64,000 nt of DNA from an uncultured Methylomonas sp. (GCA_964529085.1 CAZGUM010000001.1:25763-89762); one strand, 5' to 3'; shown: positions 46,368 to 57,490, counted from the stretch's first letter. The notes: generated by a model from the letters alone, not told the origin. Made by a program: numbers and translations.

Positions 46368-46727
46368 TTACTCAATCGGTTGATCGGTATCGACATCGCC
46401 GAACTGCACACCGCAGTTCTGGCAGACGTAGTTGTGTAACACGTTCTGGTCGATGACCTGACCCAGTTTGGCCCCGGCCACGCCGCCGGTCGCCGCCCAG
46501 ATCAAGGCGCCAATCAACGCGCCACCGGCGCTACCGACCACAGAACCTACAGGGCCACCAACCAAACCCACCGCACTGCCAATCTCGGCACCCACCACCG
46601 CACCGGAACTCGATGCCGCCCAACCGCTCATGGCACCGCCTACCGTGCCGACTAATCCACCCACGCGCTTGGCGCGGTCTAACGCGATCACCTGCTGTGA
46701 TCGACAAATCGGACATTGCTTACTCAT
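46368..46727 (-). CDS. Small glycine-zipper protein with flanking CxxC motifs
   Basis: CPIC...GxxxG repeats...CQNC. Confidence 0.7.
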   Translation of the reverse strand: MSKQCPICRSQQVIALDRAKRVGGLVGTVGGAMSGWAASSSGAVVGAEIGSAVGLVGGPVGSVVGSAGGALIGALIWAATGGVAGAKLGQVIDQNVLHNYVCQNCGVQFGDVDTDQPIE

Positions 46728-47051
46728 ACCTCATACTCCCCAAAATAAAATCCCGGACAGCCGCGAAGAAGACCGGCACGCCAGCGCGCACCAATACACT
46801 TCAAAGCAACCATCTGGAAGAAAAAGGACCAGTGCTCAACGCAGCGCGTCGAGTCTGACAGACATAAGCGTCCCTATCGCCGCATTGAGGAATTCTCCAG
46901 GGCGATTAGGGCTGCTCAGGTTAGGTATATGTGATTGAGATTTTTTAAAAGCGGGGTTACGAATTTTCAAAAATAGTCGAATCTTCATTTGACATTATCG
47001 TTGCTGTATATTGTCCACTTTTTAGCTTTTAAGGTAGGCGTTAGCTAGGTA

Positions 47052-48110
47052 ATGGATTCAAAACTCGAATTGAATTTGGCTTGTGTGGATCTCTTCTGCG
47101 GCGCAGGTGGCCTCACGCATGGCTTCACCCTAGAAGGGATTCCCGTTGTAGCGGGTATCGACCTTGATCCAGCTTGCCGTTTTCCCTACGAGACAAACAA
47201 TACCTCCAAGTTTTTGGAACGCGACATCAGCCAAGTCACTGGGGAAGAAATCAAAAAATTGTTCGGCGATGCCGAACTGAAAATCCTGGCCGGATGTGCT
47301 CCCTGCCAACCCTTCTCCACTTACGCACAACGTTACAAATCTGACGGAATCGATGGTAAGTGGGGATTGCTATATCAGTTTGCTCGATTGGTAAAAGAAA
47401 CCACTCCAGATGTAATCACAATGGAAAACGTACCAACTGTCGTCAGACATCAGGTTTTCCACGATTTCGTAACGGAGTTGCAGAATTTGGGTTACCACGT
47501 CTGGTACGACGTGGTAGATAGTTCGCTTTATGGAGTTCCTCAATCTCGGCGCCGAATGGTACTCCTGGCTTCCAGATTCGGAAAAATCCGAATGATCGCC
47601 CCCACGCATCCAAAGCCAATCACTGTCAAAGAAGCCATCGGTAGTATGCCTGTAATTAGTGCTGGTGAATCTCATCATAAAGACAAGTTACACATTGCAC
47701 CGACACTTTCGGATAAAAATCTTCAGCGGATTCGTATTTCCAAACCCGGTGGCACTTGGCGCGACTGGCCTGAATATCTTAGGGCCGATTGTCACAAATC
47801 AAATACAGGAAAGACCTATCCAAGTGTATATGGTCGAATGGATTGGCAAAAACCAGCGCCAACCATGACCACCCAGTGTTTCGGCTTCGGTAATGGCCGT
47901 TTTGGCCATCCAGAACAGGATCGTGCGATTTCATTGCGAGAAGCGGCTATTTTGCAGAGTTTTCCAAAAGACTATTCCTTCTTGCCAGAAGGTGCTCAGG
48001 TCAGTTTCAAGGCTTTGGGAAGAATGATCGGTAATGCGGTTCCTGTCGAACTTGGACGAGCCATCGCTATGAGTATCTCTGATCATTTGTCAAACATGCT
48101 GACTAACTAA
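47052..48110 (+). CDS. dcm: DNA (cytosine-5)-methyltransferase
   Basis: DLFCGAGG, PCQ, MENV, QSRRR, LREAAILQSFP, IGNAVP. Confidence 0.95.
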   Translation: MDSKLELNLACVDLFCGAGGLTHGFTLEGIPVVAGIDLDPACRFPYETNNTSKFLERDISQVTGEEIKKLFGDAELKILAGCAPCQPFSTYAQRYKSDGIDGKWGLLYQFARLVKETTPDVITMENVPTVVRHQVFHDFVTELQNLGYHVWYDVVDSSLYGVPQSRRRMVLLASRFGKIRMIAPTHPKPITVKEAIGSMPVISAGESHHKDKLHIAPTLSDKNLQRIRISKPGGTWRDWPEYLRADCHKSNTGKTYPSVYGRMDWQKPAPTMTTQCFGFGNGRFGHPEQDRAISLREAAILQSFPKDYSFLPEGAQVSFKALGRMIGNAVPVELGRAIAMSISDHLSNMLTN

Positions 48111-48127
48111 AATTCTGGAAGGCTTTC

Positions 48128-48619
48128 ATGGGACGAATCCAATCTTCGTCGCCAGAAGCCAGTCGTCGGATGATGAAAGTTCGTCAAACTGGCACCAAAG
48201 CCGAAATGGCTCTGCGAAAAGCTTTGCATCGGTTGGGATTGCGGTATCGAATCAATTTCCAGGTATTGAAGAAACCTCGCCGCATAGCTGACGTGGCTTT
48301 CACCAAGTACAAGATCGCGGTATTCGTCGATGGCTGTTTCTGGCATGGTTGCCCTGAACATGCTAGTTGGCCCAAGAGCAATTCGGAATTTTGGCAGCAG
48401 AAGATCGAAGCCAATCGGGCTCGCGACGCCGATACCGATGCAAAGTTGAGGAAAATTGGCTGGACCGTGATTCGTATATGGGAACACGAATGCCCAGAAA
48501 TGGCTGCCGATGCAATCAACGCAGTCATGGATGTGAAACGGAGCGAGGCTAGAATGAGTCTCGACCAAAATAATAGTGAAGACGACACAGATGGAGCTCA
48601 TGAATCAAGCGGTCGATGA
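48128..48619 (+). CDS. vsr: Very-short-patch repair endonuclease
   Basis: TKAEMALRK, DV.F, VFVDGCFWHGCP, GWTVIRIWEH. Confidence 0.93.
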   Translation: MGRIQSSSPEASRRMMKVRQTGTKAEMALRKALHRLGLRYRINFQVLKKPRRIADVAFTKYKIAVFVDGCFWHGCPEHASWPKSNSEFWQQKIEANRARDADTDAKLRKIGWTVIRIWEHECPEMAADAINAVMDVKRSEARMSLDQNNSEDDTDGAHESSGR

Positions 48620-51600
48620 AAACACAAAAATTTATGCTACACCGCCAGAACCAGGCCAGTTGGTAGAAGTCAGACGCCGGCAATGGGTCGTAGCCGACGT
48701 AGTGTCATCGCAGTTGGCGACCAACCATGCTCGGCAGAATCTGGTGACCTTATCCTCCATCGATGAAGATGGTCTCGGCGAAGAATTGGAAGTCATCTGG
48801 GAAATCGAACCCGGCGCTCACATCATAGAGCGAGCAGGTCTGCCTAGTATTTCGGGGCAAGATGATCCCAACACGCTAGAAGCCTTTCTCGATGCGGTGC
48901 GCTGGGGTGCTGCAACCAACGCGGATCGTGGTTTCCTACAAGCACCATTCCGAAGCGGTGTAAGCATCGAAGACTTCCAGCTCGATCCACTAGTCAGGGC
49001 CATCGATATGGCTCGCGTCAACTTGTTGATCGCCGACGATGTGGGCTTGGGTAAGACCATCGAGGCTGGTTTGGTCATTCAGGAATTACTGCTCAGACAC
49101 CGCGCTCGCACGGTCTTGATCGTCTGCCCGGCATCCTTGCAAGAAAAATGGCGGGTCGAGATGCTGGAGAAATTTGGTCTCGAATTCCAGATAGTCGATA
49201 CGACCTACATCAAGCAGCTGCGCCGTGATCGTGGCATTCATGCCAATCCCTGGACATCTCATCCTCGGCTCATCACCTCCATGGATTGGGCAAAGACGGG
49301 AGAAGGACTACGTTTGATGCGTGATGTCCTTCCGTCGCACATCGGTTTCCCTAGAAAATTCGACATCTTGGTCGTCGACGAAGCGCACAACGTTGCTCCT
49401 TCGGCCGGCGCGCATTATGCCCTGGAAAGCCAACGCACCCGTTTCATTCGCGCCATCGGACCCCACTTCCAGCATCGGTTGTTTCTGACGGCTACGCCGC
49501 ACAACGGTTACACCGAATCGTTCACCTCGCTATTGGAACTCCTCGACGACCAGCGCTTCGCACGCAATATCCTGCCGGACGAAAAACGCCTCTCGCAAGT
49601 GATGATCCGCCGCCTCAAAAGCGATCTGGTCGATGCCGATGGAAATCCAATCTATCCCAAACGGGTATTACAACCGTTGTTGGTGGCCTATACCGACGAG
49701 GAAAGGGCCATTCATCAGAAGCTCGACGAATATTGTGCCAGCCGTGAAAAATCAGCTGCTCAGAATGGTGATGCATTCGGTACGGCCTTCACCAATCGCT
49801 TGTTGAAGAAACGTCTGTTCTCATCGCCTGCGGCATTTGCCTCTACACTCGAAAAACACATTGCCACGTTGTCCGGTAATGTCACTAGGCAAAAACGCGA
49901 TGCCATGGCCGAGCGCATCTTGTACAAGGCGATACTCAAGGTCGAGGAAGATTACGCCAATGACCAAGACTACGAGACTGCACAAGCCGAAGCCGTCGAA
50001 GAAGCTTCTCGGCGGGCGCCCGAGCTAACCCCAGAGCAACATAAACTATTGGATGAACTGAGGTCCTGGGCGCAACGGGCCAAGAATCAAGCCGATTCCA
50101 AAGCCAATAGTGTACTCTCATGGTGTAAAGAACATCTCAAGATACATGGTGATTGGAACGACAACCGTGTCATTCTCTTCACCGAGTACCGCACAACCCA
50201 TCAATGGTTGCACGAAATACTTGCCAGCCATGGTTTTGGCGGTGAGCGGCTGGAGATTTTGCACGGCGGAATAGATCACGATGAGCGAGAGAGAGTCAAA
50301 GCGGCCTTCCAAACCTCACCGCGCGATTCCGCTGTGCGTATTCTGCTCGCCACCGATGCGGCTTCCGAAGGTATCGACTTGCAGAACCACTGCCATTGTT
50401 TGATCCATCTGGAGATCCCCTACAATCCTAACGTCATGGAACAGCGCAACGGTCGTGTCGATCGACATGGTCAGCGGCATTCAGAAGTGTTGATCTGGCA
50501 TCCCGTCGACGGTGGTGATTCAGGCAAGGACAAGGTTGGTGGCCATGGCGAAGATATCATTCGTGCCTTACGCAAACTGGACTCGATGCGTGCCGACATG
50601 GGTAGCGTCAACCCAGTCATCGCTCCGCAGATGGCAGGATTGATCGAAGGTTCGCTCACGGACCTGGATACCCGCCTCGCCGAAGCCAAAATCGTCGGCG
50701 CCCGAAAATACGTAAAAGCAGAGCGAGAACTCAAGGCTCGTGTCGCCAAATTGCACGAGCGGTTACTAGAGACCCGCCAGGATTTTCACCTCACGCCCCA
50801 ACACATCGAAATGGCCGTGAAAACCGCGCTAAAATTGGCCGGAAAACCACCACTGGGGACCGTTCGGTTGCCATCCGCACCGGATGGTTCCGTCTTCAAG
50901 ATGCCAGCACTTGCAGGTTCCTGGGCCCGCTGCCTGGAAGGCTTGCGACATCCCCATACCCAAGTAACTCGCCCAATCACGTTCGATCATGCCGTTGCCA
51001 ATGGCCGTGACGACGTGGTGTTGATCCACCTCAATCATCGTTTGGTGCAGATGTGTCTCAGGCTGCTAAGGGCCGAGATATGGGCACAGGATGACGTCAA
51101 GAAGTTACACCGTGTCACGGTGCGAAGCTTACCGGATACCGAGCTGAATGAAACGGCCGTGGTCGTGATTTCCCGGTTGGTGATCACCGGTGGCAACCAT
51201 CATCGTCTGCACGAAGAATTGACCTTTGCCGGTGGCTACCTGCGCGAGCAAGGATTCAAACGGGAAGATGGCGTCACGCGCATCCAGCATTGGCTCGACC
51301 AAGCAACACCATCAATGATCGACGAAGAATCGTTGCAGACATTGCGCTCGCGTTTCCAAATCAGCGAAACCTCGCTGCTGCAAACCGTCGAAGCCCGTTC
51401 CAAGGATAGACTCAAGCACTTGATGAATACCCTGAACACTCGAAAAGACCAGGAGATCGAAGACATTACCACCGTCCTGTCGGAACTCGAAAAAGCCATT
51501 CAAGCCGAATTGCACAAAGACGAACAGCCTCAACAATTCGACATGTTCAGCGATGATGAAAAAACCCAGCTCAAGCGTGACATCGGCGCATTGCAAGCAC

Positions 51601-51740
51601 GATTGGATCGTATCCCCGAGGAACGCCAACGCGAAATCGCGGCCATTCAGCACCGTTACGCTGGTTTCAATGATCGTACCTTTCCGGTCGCAGTGATCTT
51701 TCTGATGCCCGGTAAAATGGAAAATGGAGATCGGGCATGA
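48600..51740 (+). CDS. drmD: DISARM SNF2-like helicase DrmD
   Basis: PEPGQLVEVRRRQWVV, IADDVGLGKT, VDEAH, LTATPH, TDAASEGIDLQ, QRNGRVDRHGQ; GGAG RBS at 48600 (track start 48576). Confidence 0.9.
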   Translation: MNQAVDENTKIYATPPEPGQLVEVRRRQWVVADVVSSQLATNHARQNLVTLSSIDEDGLGEELEVIWEIEPGAHIIERAGLPSISGQDDPNTLEAFLDAVRWGAATNADRGFLQAPFRSGVSIEDFQLDPLVRAIDMARVNLLIADDVGLGKTIEAGLVIQELLLRHRARTVLIVCPASLQEKWRVEMLEKFGLEFQIVDTTYIKQLRRDRGIHANPWTSHPRLITSMDWAKTGEGLRLMRDVLPSHIGFPRKFDILVVDEAHNVAPSAGAHYALESQRTRFIRAIGPHFQHRLFLTATPHNGYTESFTSLLELLDDQRFARNILPDEKRLSQVMIRRLKSDLVDADGNPIYPKRVLQPLLVAYTDEERAIHQKLDEYCASREKSAAQNGDAFGTAFTNRLLKKRLFSSPAAFASTLEKHIATLSGNVTRQKRDAMAERILYKAILKVEEDYANDQDYETAQAEAVEEASRRAPELTPEQHKLLDELRSWAQRAKNQADSKANSVLSWCKEHLKIHGDWNDNRVILFTEYRTTHQWLHEILASHGFGGERLEILHGGIDHDERERVKAAFQTSPRDSAVRILLATDAASEGIDLQNHCHCLIHLEIPYNPNVMEQRNGRVDRHGQRHSEVLIWHPVDGGDSGKDKVGGHGEDIIRALRKLDSMRADMGSVNPVIAPQMAGLIEGSLTDLDTRLAEAKIVGARKYVKAERELKARVAKLHERLLETRQDFHLTPQHIEMAVKTALKLAGKPPLGTVRLPSAPDGSVFKMPALAGSWARCLEGLRHPHTQVTRPITFDHAVANGRDDVVLIHLNHRLVQMCLRLLRAEIWAQDDVKKLHRVTVRSLPDTELNETAVVVISRLVITGGNHHRLHEELTFAGGYLREQGFKREDGVTRIQHWLDQATPSMIDEESLQTLRSRFQISETSLLQTVEARSKDRLKHLMNTLNTRKDQEIEDITTVLSELEKAIQAELHKDEQPQQFDMFSDDEKTQLKRDIGALQARLDRIPEERQREIAAIQHRYAGFNDRTFPVAVIFLMPGKMENGDRA

Positions 51741-54700
51741 GCTTCATCGAATCCCATGCCGAGTGGTTGTCGCTGATCGAAATCTCCGGCCCATTCCTGG
51801 CGGTGCCGGTACTGAAAGAGGTATTCCCTCAAGGCCTCGAGCAACTGGATGCCAACAAACGCAAACGACTGCGCCAAGCATACGAAGAATGGCGAGAAGC
51901 CCTAGAGAACGATGATCCAAGGTTACCCGAATTGCATCAGGCATGGATTGATGAAGTGTTGGCTCGCGGTTTGGAACTGGACGAGGACGGCCGTGGCGAC
52001 GTCTTGAAGCGTGGCACTGCCATTCCAGACAAATTGATCATCGATTTACCCGAATACGGAATAAAACTGGCGCCCGATGCCGCTGTCATCGACCAGCAAA
52101 GCGGCAACGCCTTGATGCTGATCCAGTCCTTCCCTGTCCACACTGATCTGGAAGGCACCAGCAAACGGGATGGCTGGGCCACCAGCCCGGCGGAAAGGAT
52201 GGTGAACCTCTGCCGCCGAACCGGATGCCGCTTGGGACTGCTAACCAATGGCGAACGCTGGATGCTGGTCGATGCACCGGTCGGCGCCGTCACCACCTTT
52301 GCCAGTTGGTATGCCCGCTTGTGGGGGCAAGAACCAGTCACGCTGCAAGCCTTCGTGCATCTGCTCGGTATCCGCCGCTTCTTCGTAGACGATTCGGAAC
52401 GGCTCCCGGCCTTGTTCGATCGCTCCTTGAAGCATCAGGACGAAGTCACCGAGGCGCTCGGCGAACAAGTCTGTCGGGCCGTGGAAGTCTTGATCCAGGC
52501 CTTGGACAAAGCCGACCTGGACCGAGAGCGAACCTTGTTGGCCAACGTTTCGACCGCCGAAATCTACGAAGCCGCACTGACGGTGATGATGCGCTTGGTG
52601 TTCCTGTTGTCCGCCGAGGAACGCGGCTTGTTGTTATTGGGGGATGAACTTTACGAAGCCCACTACGCCTTGTCCTCTTTGCGGATGCAGTTGCGTGCCG
52701 ACAGTGCGGAAATCCAGGAACGGCGTTGGGACGCCTGGTCGCGATTGCTGGCCTTGTTCCGTGCAGTTTACGGCGGCATCGAACACGAGAACTTGCGCAT
52801 GCCGGCCTTGGGCGGCTCGTTATTCGATCCGGATCGTTTTCCGTTCCTGGAAGGACGGGACAAACACAGTCAATGGCGCACCGATCCCGCCAAGCCACTG
52901 CCCATCGACAACCGCACCGTCCTGTTGCTGTTGGATGCGATCCAGCAATTCCAAGGCCGCACCTTGTCTTATCGAGCGCTGGATGTGGAACAGATCGGCT
53001 ACGTCTACGAAGGCTTGCTGGAACGCACCGTCAAACGTGCCAAGGACGTCACTCTGGAATTGGACGCTACCAAGAGCGCGAAAATACCTTGGGTGACCTT
53101 GACTGAACTGGAAACGGCGCGAAAAGCCGGTGATGAAAAACTGGCCGAATTACTCCGCGAACGTTCCGGCAGCTCGGCCAGCCGTATCCGTAACGACTTT
53201 GCTAAAACTTTAGACGACGTATTGGCCGACAAAATGCTGACAGCATGTCATGCCAATGTGGCTTTACGTGATCGCGTCAAACCCTACGCCAATCTTCTGC
53301 GTGTCGATCCCTGGGGTTATCCGCTGGTCTATCCAGCCGACTCGTTCATGGTCACCACCGTTTCCCACCGACGCGAGACCGGCACCCATTACACGCCTAA
53401 ATCCCTGACTGAAGCCATCGTCACCGAGACGCTCACGCCCGTGGCCTATGTCGGTCCGGCGGAAGGCAAGCCACGCGAAGAATGGCAACTCAAGTCGGCC
53501 GCGGAAATACTTGACCTCAAGATTTGCGATCCTGCCATGGGCTCCGGCGCGTTCTTGGTCCAAGTCTGCCGTTGGTTGGCGGAACGTTTGATCGAGGCCT
53601 GGAGCCAAGCGGAATCGGCCGGCAAATACGTCACGGTCGATGGTGAGGTTCGAGACTCGGCGAGCGATGAAGAACCCTTGCCGCGCTATGGCGAGGAACG
53701 CAACATTATTGCCCGCCGATTGATCGCCGAACGCTGCTTGTACGGTGTAGACCTGAATCCGTTGGCGGTTGAGCTGGCAAAGCTGTCGATCTGGTTGGTG
53801 ACGCTTGCCAAGGGGCGGCCGTTCGGTTTTCTCGATCACAATCTGCGTTGCGGGGACAGTCTGCTGGGCATCCATCGTCTGGATCAGCTCACCGAACTGA
53901 GTATGACGCCAGGTCAAAAGAACACGCAGATGCGACTCTTCGGACGAAACATCGAGCAAGCAGTTGCCGAAGCCATCGAATTGCGCAAACGCTTACGTCA
54001 GATGCCGATTCGGGACATCCGGGACGTTGAGGCGATGGCGAGACTGGATACCGAGGCCAAAGCCAAACTGGAAGCACCGGAACTGATCGCTGATGCATTC
54101 GTCGGTGAAGTGTTTAGGACTGGAGGAAGTCAAATTGCTCTCGATACGGCGTTGATTACTTTGTCCATTGAGGCCGAGCAGTATTTGCAAGGAAATGAAG
54201 ATTTTATTAATCAGCTGAGACAGCGAGCAAATGTCGGCCTATCGACTGATCTACCCGATGACAAAAGTTCACGTCGACCATTCCATTGGCCGTTAGAATT
54301 TCCAGAGGTCTTTGGGCATGAGCGCGGCGGCTTCGACGGTATCGTCGGCAATCCGCCCTTTCTTGGAGGGCAGCGCATCACGGGGGTTTCAGGTACTGCC
54401 TTCCGCGATTGGTTAGTCGGTCACATCGCGGAAGGTCGGCGTGGCTCAGCGGACTTGGTTGCCTATTTCTTCCTGCGTGCGTGGAACCTACTTCGCGATG
54501 CTAGCGGCTTCGGGTTACTCGCCGTTAATACCATCGCGGAAGGCGACACACGGCAAGTCGGACTGGAGGTCATGGTTGGCGCTGGTGCCATCATCCATGC
54601 GGCTTACCCGAATGAACCCTGGCCCGGAAAGGCGGCGGTCGTTACCAGTCGTGTTCATGTCCACAAGGGCGAGTGGAACGGCGAACGCTTGCTGCTCGGG

Positions 54701-55981
54701 CAACCGGCTCCATTCATATCGGCTTTTTTGTCTGATCTTGAAGAATGGAGTCCTAAGCAACTAAAAGCTAACGCGGGCTTTGCTTTTCAGGGATGTATCA
54801 CACGAGGCTTAGGTTTTGTGCTTACGCCTGACGAGGCACAGCGTATTCTAGATGCCGACCCGAAGAATGCCGACGTAATCTTGCCATATATCAATGGTGA
54901 CGACCTCAACTCAGACCCTGAACAGCGATCAAGCCGCTACGTGATCAATTTTTGGGACTGGCCGAAGGAACGTGCAAAAGAGTATCGGCTGCCCTGGGAA
55001 TGGATTAAAGAGCGCGTCAAACCTGATCGTTTTCGGTTGCGCGATGACGGACGCTATGTTTGCTCAGAGCCGCTGAGAGATGAATGGTGGCTCTTTGAGG
55101 GGCGACGTGTTGGGTTGTTTCACGCTATCGGTCGAGGTCTCCATTTCGAGCGTCACCCGAGCGATTGGGAGTGTGATGCTAAAACTGAAGAAAAAACATT
55201 GGCTGTCCCACGGGTTAGCAAGTACATGACAGTCAGCCTGTTGAATACTAATTTAGTATTTTCCGACCAGATAGTTATTCTTGCAATTTCTGACATCAGT
55301 TTATTTTCTGTCATTCAATCATCTTTTCACGAAGCATGGGTACGCAAGCAATCATCCTCACTGGAGACTAGGCTGCGCTATGCACCAACGGATGTGTTTG
55401 AAACGTTTCCTTTTCCTAACAGACTCCATTACGCATCGGACAGCCCGCTTGATGCATTGGGAGATCAGTTCTATCAAGGGCGCATCAATGTGATGCGGGC
55501 TGATCGCATCGGACTGACCAAACTATACAACCGTTTCCATAGCGACACCGAACGCGATTCTCGTATTGAAGCGCTGCGGACGTTGCAGATCGAAACGGAC
55601 GCCGCTGTCGCAGGCGCCTATGGCTGGGAGGACCTCGACCTGGAACACGGCTTCCACGAAGTACCGTATCTACCGGAGAACGACCGCGTCCGCTTCACCA
55701 TTTCGGAGAATGCACGGATCGAAGTGTTGCGTCGGCTATCGGAATTGAACCGCCAGCGTTACGAGGAAGAAGTCGCTACTGGTTTGCATGGAAAATCTGC
55801 GACCAAGCTCAAGTCCACTCATAAACCCAAGAGCAAGGCCTCAACGGTGCAGCATTCGATTCAGACCAGTTTGTTTGATTCGCCTGTTTCATCGTCCGAA
55901 CCCTTGATTTCATCTCCAACTACCGCGCCAAACCATGAGAAAAAGGATTCCGAGATTAAACATGAAAAAATTCATTCTTGA
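51737..55981 (+). CDS. drmMI: DISARM N6-adenine methyltransferase DrmMI (Eco57I-like)
   Basis: HAEWLSLIEISGPFL, GTHYTP, CDPAMGSGAFL, GNPPF; follows drmD with ATGA overlap. Confidence 0.88.
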   Translation: MSFIESHAEWLSLIEISGPFLAVPVLKEVFPQGLEQLDANKRKRLRQAYEEWREALENDDPRLPELHQAWIDEVLARGLELDEDGRGDVLKRGTAIPDKLIIDLPEYGIKLAPDAAVIDQQSGNALMLIQSFPVHTDLEGTSKRDGWATSPAERMVNLCRRTGCRLGLLTNGERWMLVDAPVGAVTTFASWYARLWGQEPVTLQAFVHLLGIRRFFVDDSERLPALFDRSLKHQDEVTEALGEQVCRAVEVLIQALDKADLDRERTLLANVSTAEIYEAALTVMMRLVFLLSAEERGLLLLGDELYEAHYALSSLRMQLRADSAEIQERRWDAWSRLLALFRAVYGGIEHENLRMPALGGSLFDPDRFPFLEGRDKHSQWRTDPAKPLPIDNRTVLLLLDAIQQFQGRTLSYRALDVEQIGYVYEGLLERTVKRAKDVTLELDATKSAKIPWVTLTELETARKAGDEKLAELLRERSGSSASRIRNDFAKTLDDVLADKMLTACHANVALRDRVKPYANLLRVDPWGYPLVYPADSFMVTTVSHRRETGTHYTPKSLTEAIVTETLTPVAYVGPAEGKPREEWQLKSAAEILDLKICDPAMGSGAFLVQVCRWLAERLIEAWSQAESAGKYVTVDGEVRDSASDEEPLPRYGEERNIIARRLIAERCLYGVDLNPLAVELAKLSIWLVTLAKGRPFGFLDHNLRCGDSLLGIHRLDQLTELSMTPGQKNTQMRLFGRNIEQAVAEAIELRKRLRQMPIRDIRDVEAMARLDTEAKAKLEAPELIADAFVGEVFRTGGSQIALDTALITLSIEAEQYLQGNEDFINQLRQRANVGLSTDLPDDKSSRRPFHWPLEFPEVFGHERGGFDGIVGNPPFLGGQRITGVSGTAFRDWLVGHIAEGRRGSADLVAYFFLRAWNLLRDASGFGLLAVNTIAEGDTRQVGLEVMVGAGAIIHAAYPNEPWPGKAAVVTSRVHVHKGEWNGERLLLGQPAPFISAFLSDLEEWSPKQLKANAGFAFQGCITRGLGFVLTPDEAQRILDADPKNADVILPYINGDDLNSDPEQRSSRYVINFWDWPKERAKEYRLPWEWIKERVKPDRFRLRDDGRYVCSEPLRDEWWLFEGRRVGLFHAIGRGLHFERHPSDWECDAKTEEKTLAVPRVSKYMTVSLLNTNLVFSDQIVILAISDISLFSVIQSSFHEAWVRKQSSSLETRLRYAPTDVFETFPFPNRLHYASDSPLDALGDQFYQGRINVMRADRIGLTKLYNRFHSDTERDSRIEALRTLQIETDAAVAGAYGWEDLDLEHGFHEVPYLPENDRVRFTISENARIEVLRRLSELNRQRYEEEVATGLHGKSATKLKSTHKPKSKASTVQHSIQTSLFDSPVSSSEPLISSPTTAPNHEKKDSEIKHEKIHS

Positions 55982-56074
55982 GCACACTTCGGCCTGCACT
56001 GACTTGATGGAGCATTTATTCGATATCCTTGGCGCTAGGCATCAAACCAAATATCCAGCATTGGAGTATCACAA

Positions 56075-57487
56075 ATGACAATGGCTCAAGACACTGCTGT
56101 AGCAATACCGACTAAACAATTTTTTGTGTCGATGCTGACGCGCGATATAAATCTCGCCGATGCGATCCTTGATCTACTCGACAACTGCCTGGATGGCGCT
56201 TTGCGGCTATCCCAAGGCGGGGAGGTCGACTATGCGAAACGCCGCGTCAAGATTGAGCTTACCGAAGATCACTTCTTGATTGTCGACAATTGCGGTGGTA
56301 TACCCCGTGAAATAGCCAAGAACTATGCGTTCAAGATGGGTCGAGAGGCTGATGACAACCGCGACTCGGATACCGAAACCATTGGAATGTATGGTGTCGG
56401 CATGAAGCGCGCTATTTTCAAAATGGGGCGCAACGCGCTGGTGCGAACCCGGCATGGAGATGATACATTCGAAGTGCCCATCACATCTGAATGGCTCGAT
56501 GCCAAGAACTGGGATCCACTGCCGATCAATGAACCGACCGAGGTGACTGAGAATCTTGATGAGGCGGGTACCACCATCTGCGTCTGCGATTTATATGAAG
56601 GTGTCGGAAGACATTTTGCAAACGCTGCTTTCGAAAACGAGGTGCGTACTGCAATCGCAGAGCATTTCACGATGTTTCTCCAGTCGGGCTTGAAGGTGGA
56701 GCTCAACGGCATCCCAGTAGAACCCGTTAGTGTCGAGGTGCTCGTCTCAATGGCCGAGGGACGCCCTGCGCCATACATCTATCAGAAGACGATCGACGAC
56801 GTGATCGTTTCCATCACTGTCGGATTGAACACGGGGAAGAGTCTTGGTGATGACGAAGAGGATGATGCGGGCTTCGAGCGAGATCGCTCATCAGCAACTG
56901 CCGGTTGGACGGTGCTTTGTAACGACCGCGCTGTCATCGTAGGTGACAAGAGCCGGCTCACGGGATGGGGTGACGGCATCCCTCTCTACCATCCGCAGTT
57001 TGCCATCATCACGGGCATAATCGAATTCCGTTCAAAACGTGCCGACAAGCTACCGGTCACCACTACGAAAAGGGCACTCGATACGTCGTCGAACATTTGG
57101 CTAGAGTCACTTGTCAAAATGAAAGAAGGCATGCGGATATGGATCTCTTACACGAACCAGTGGAAAAACCATCCACGCTCCGATCAAACCAGTTATTGGG
57201 AAGACGCTAAACCGATGCCGCTGTCCAGAGCCATTGCAGCTGTCGCTTCGCGGGAACAGACAAAAAAAACGAAAGATTTCATTGAGTTCAATCCACAGAA
57301 GGCAAAAGTCTTGCCCGAACCAAAAGATAAGAAACCCTCGTCCAGGAAAGTTGTTTTCTCACGTCCTATTGAGGAGGTGCGTCTCGTTTCGAAGATGTTG
57401 TTCGATGATCCGAATGAAAAACCTGGCATCGTTGGTGATAAGTGCTTCGAGATACAGTTGACGAAGGCCAGGGTCCAAGGAGGCTGA
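56075..57487 (+). CDS. GHKL/MORC-like ATPase (HATPase_c_3 plus S5-like domain)
   Basis: DLLDNCLD, DNCGGI, GMYGVGMKRA, GT boxes; GWTVLCNDR; LPVTTTKR. Confidence 0.85.
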   Translation: MTMAQDTAVAIPTKQFFVSMLTRDINLADAILDLLDNCLDGALRLSQGGEVDYAKRRVKIELTEDHFLIVDNCGGIPREIAKNYAFKMGREADDNRDSDTETIGMYGVGMKRAIFKMGRNALVRTRHGDDTFEVPITSEWLDAKNWDPLPINEPTEVTENLDEAGTTICVCDLYEGVGRHFANAAFENEVRTAIAEHFTMFLQSGLKVELNGIPVEPVSVEVLVSMAEGRPAPYIYQKTIDDVIVSITVGLNTGKSLGDDEEDDAGFERDRSSATAGWTVLCNDRAVIVGDKSRLTGWGDGIPLYHPQFAIITGIIEFRSKRADKLPVTTTKRALDTSSNIWLESLVKMKEGMRIWISYTNQWKNHPRSDQTSYWEDAKPMPLSRAIAAVASREQTKKTKDFIEFNPQKAKVLPEPKDKKPSSRKVVFSRPIEEVRLVSKMLFDDPNEKPGIVGDKCFEIQLTKARVQGG

Positions 57488-57490
57488 ACG

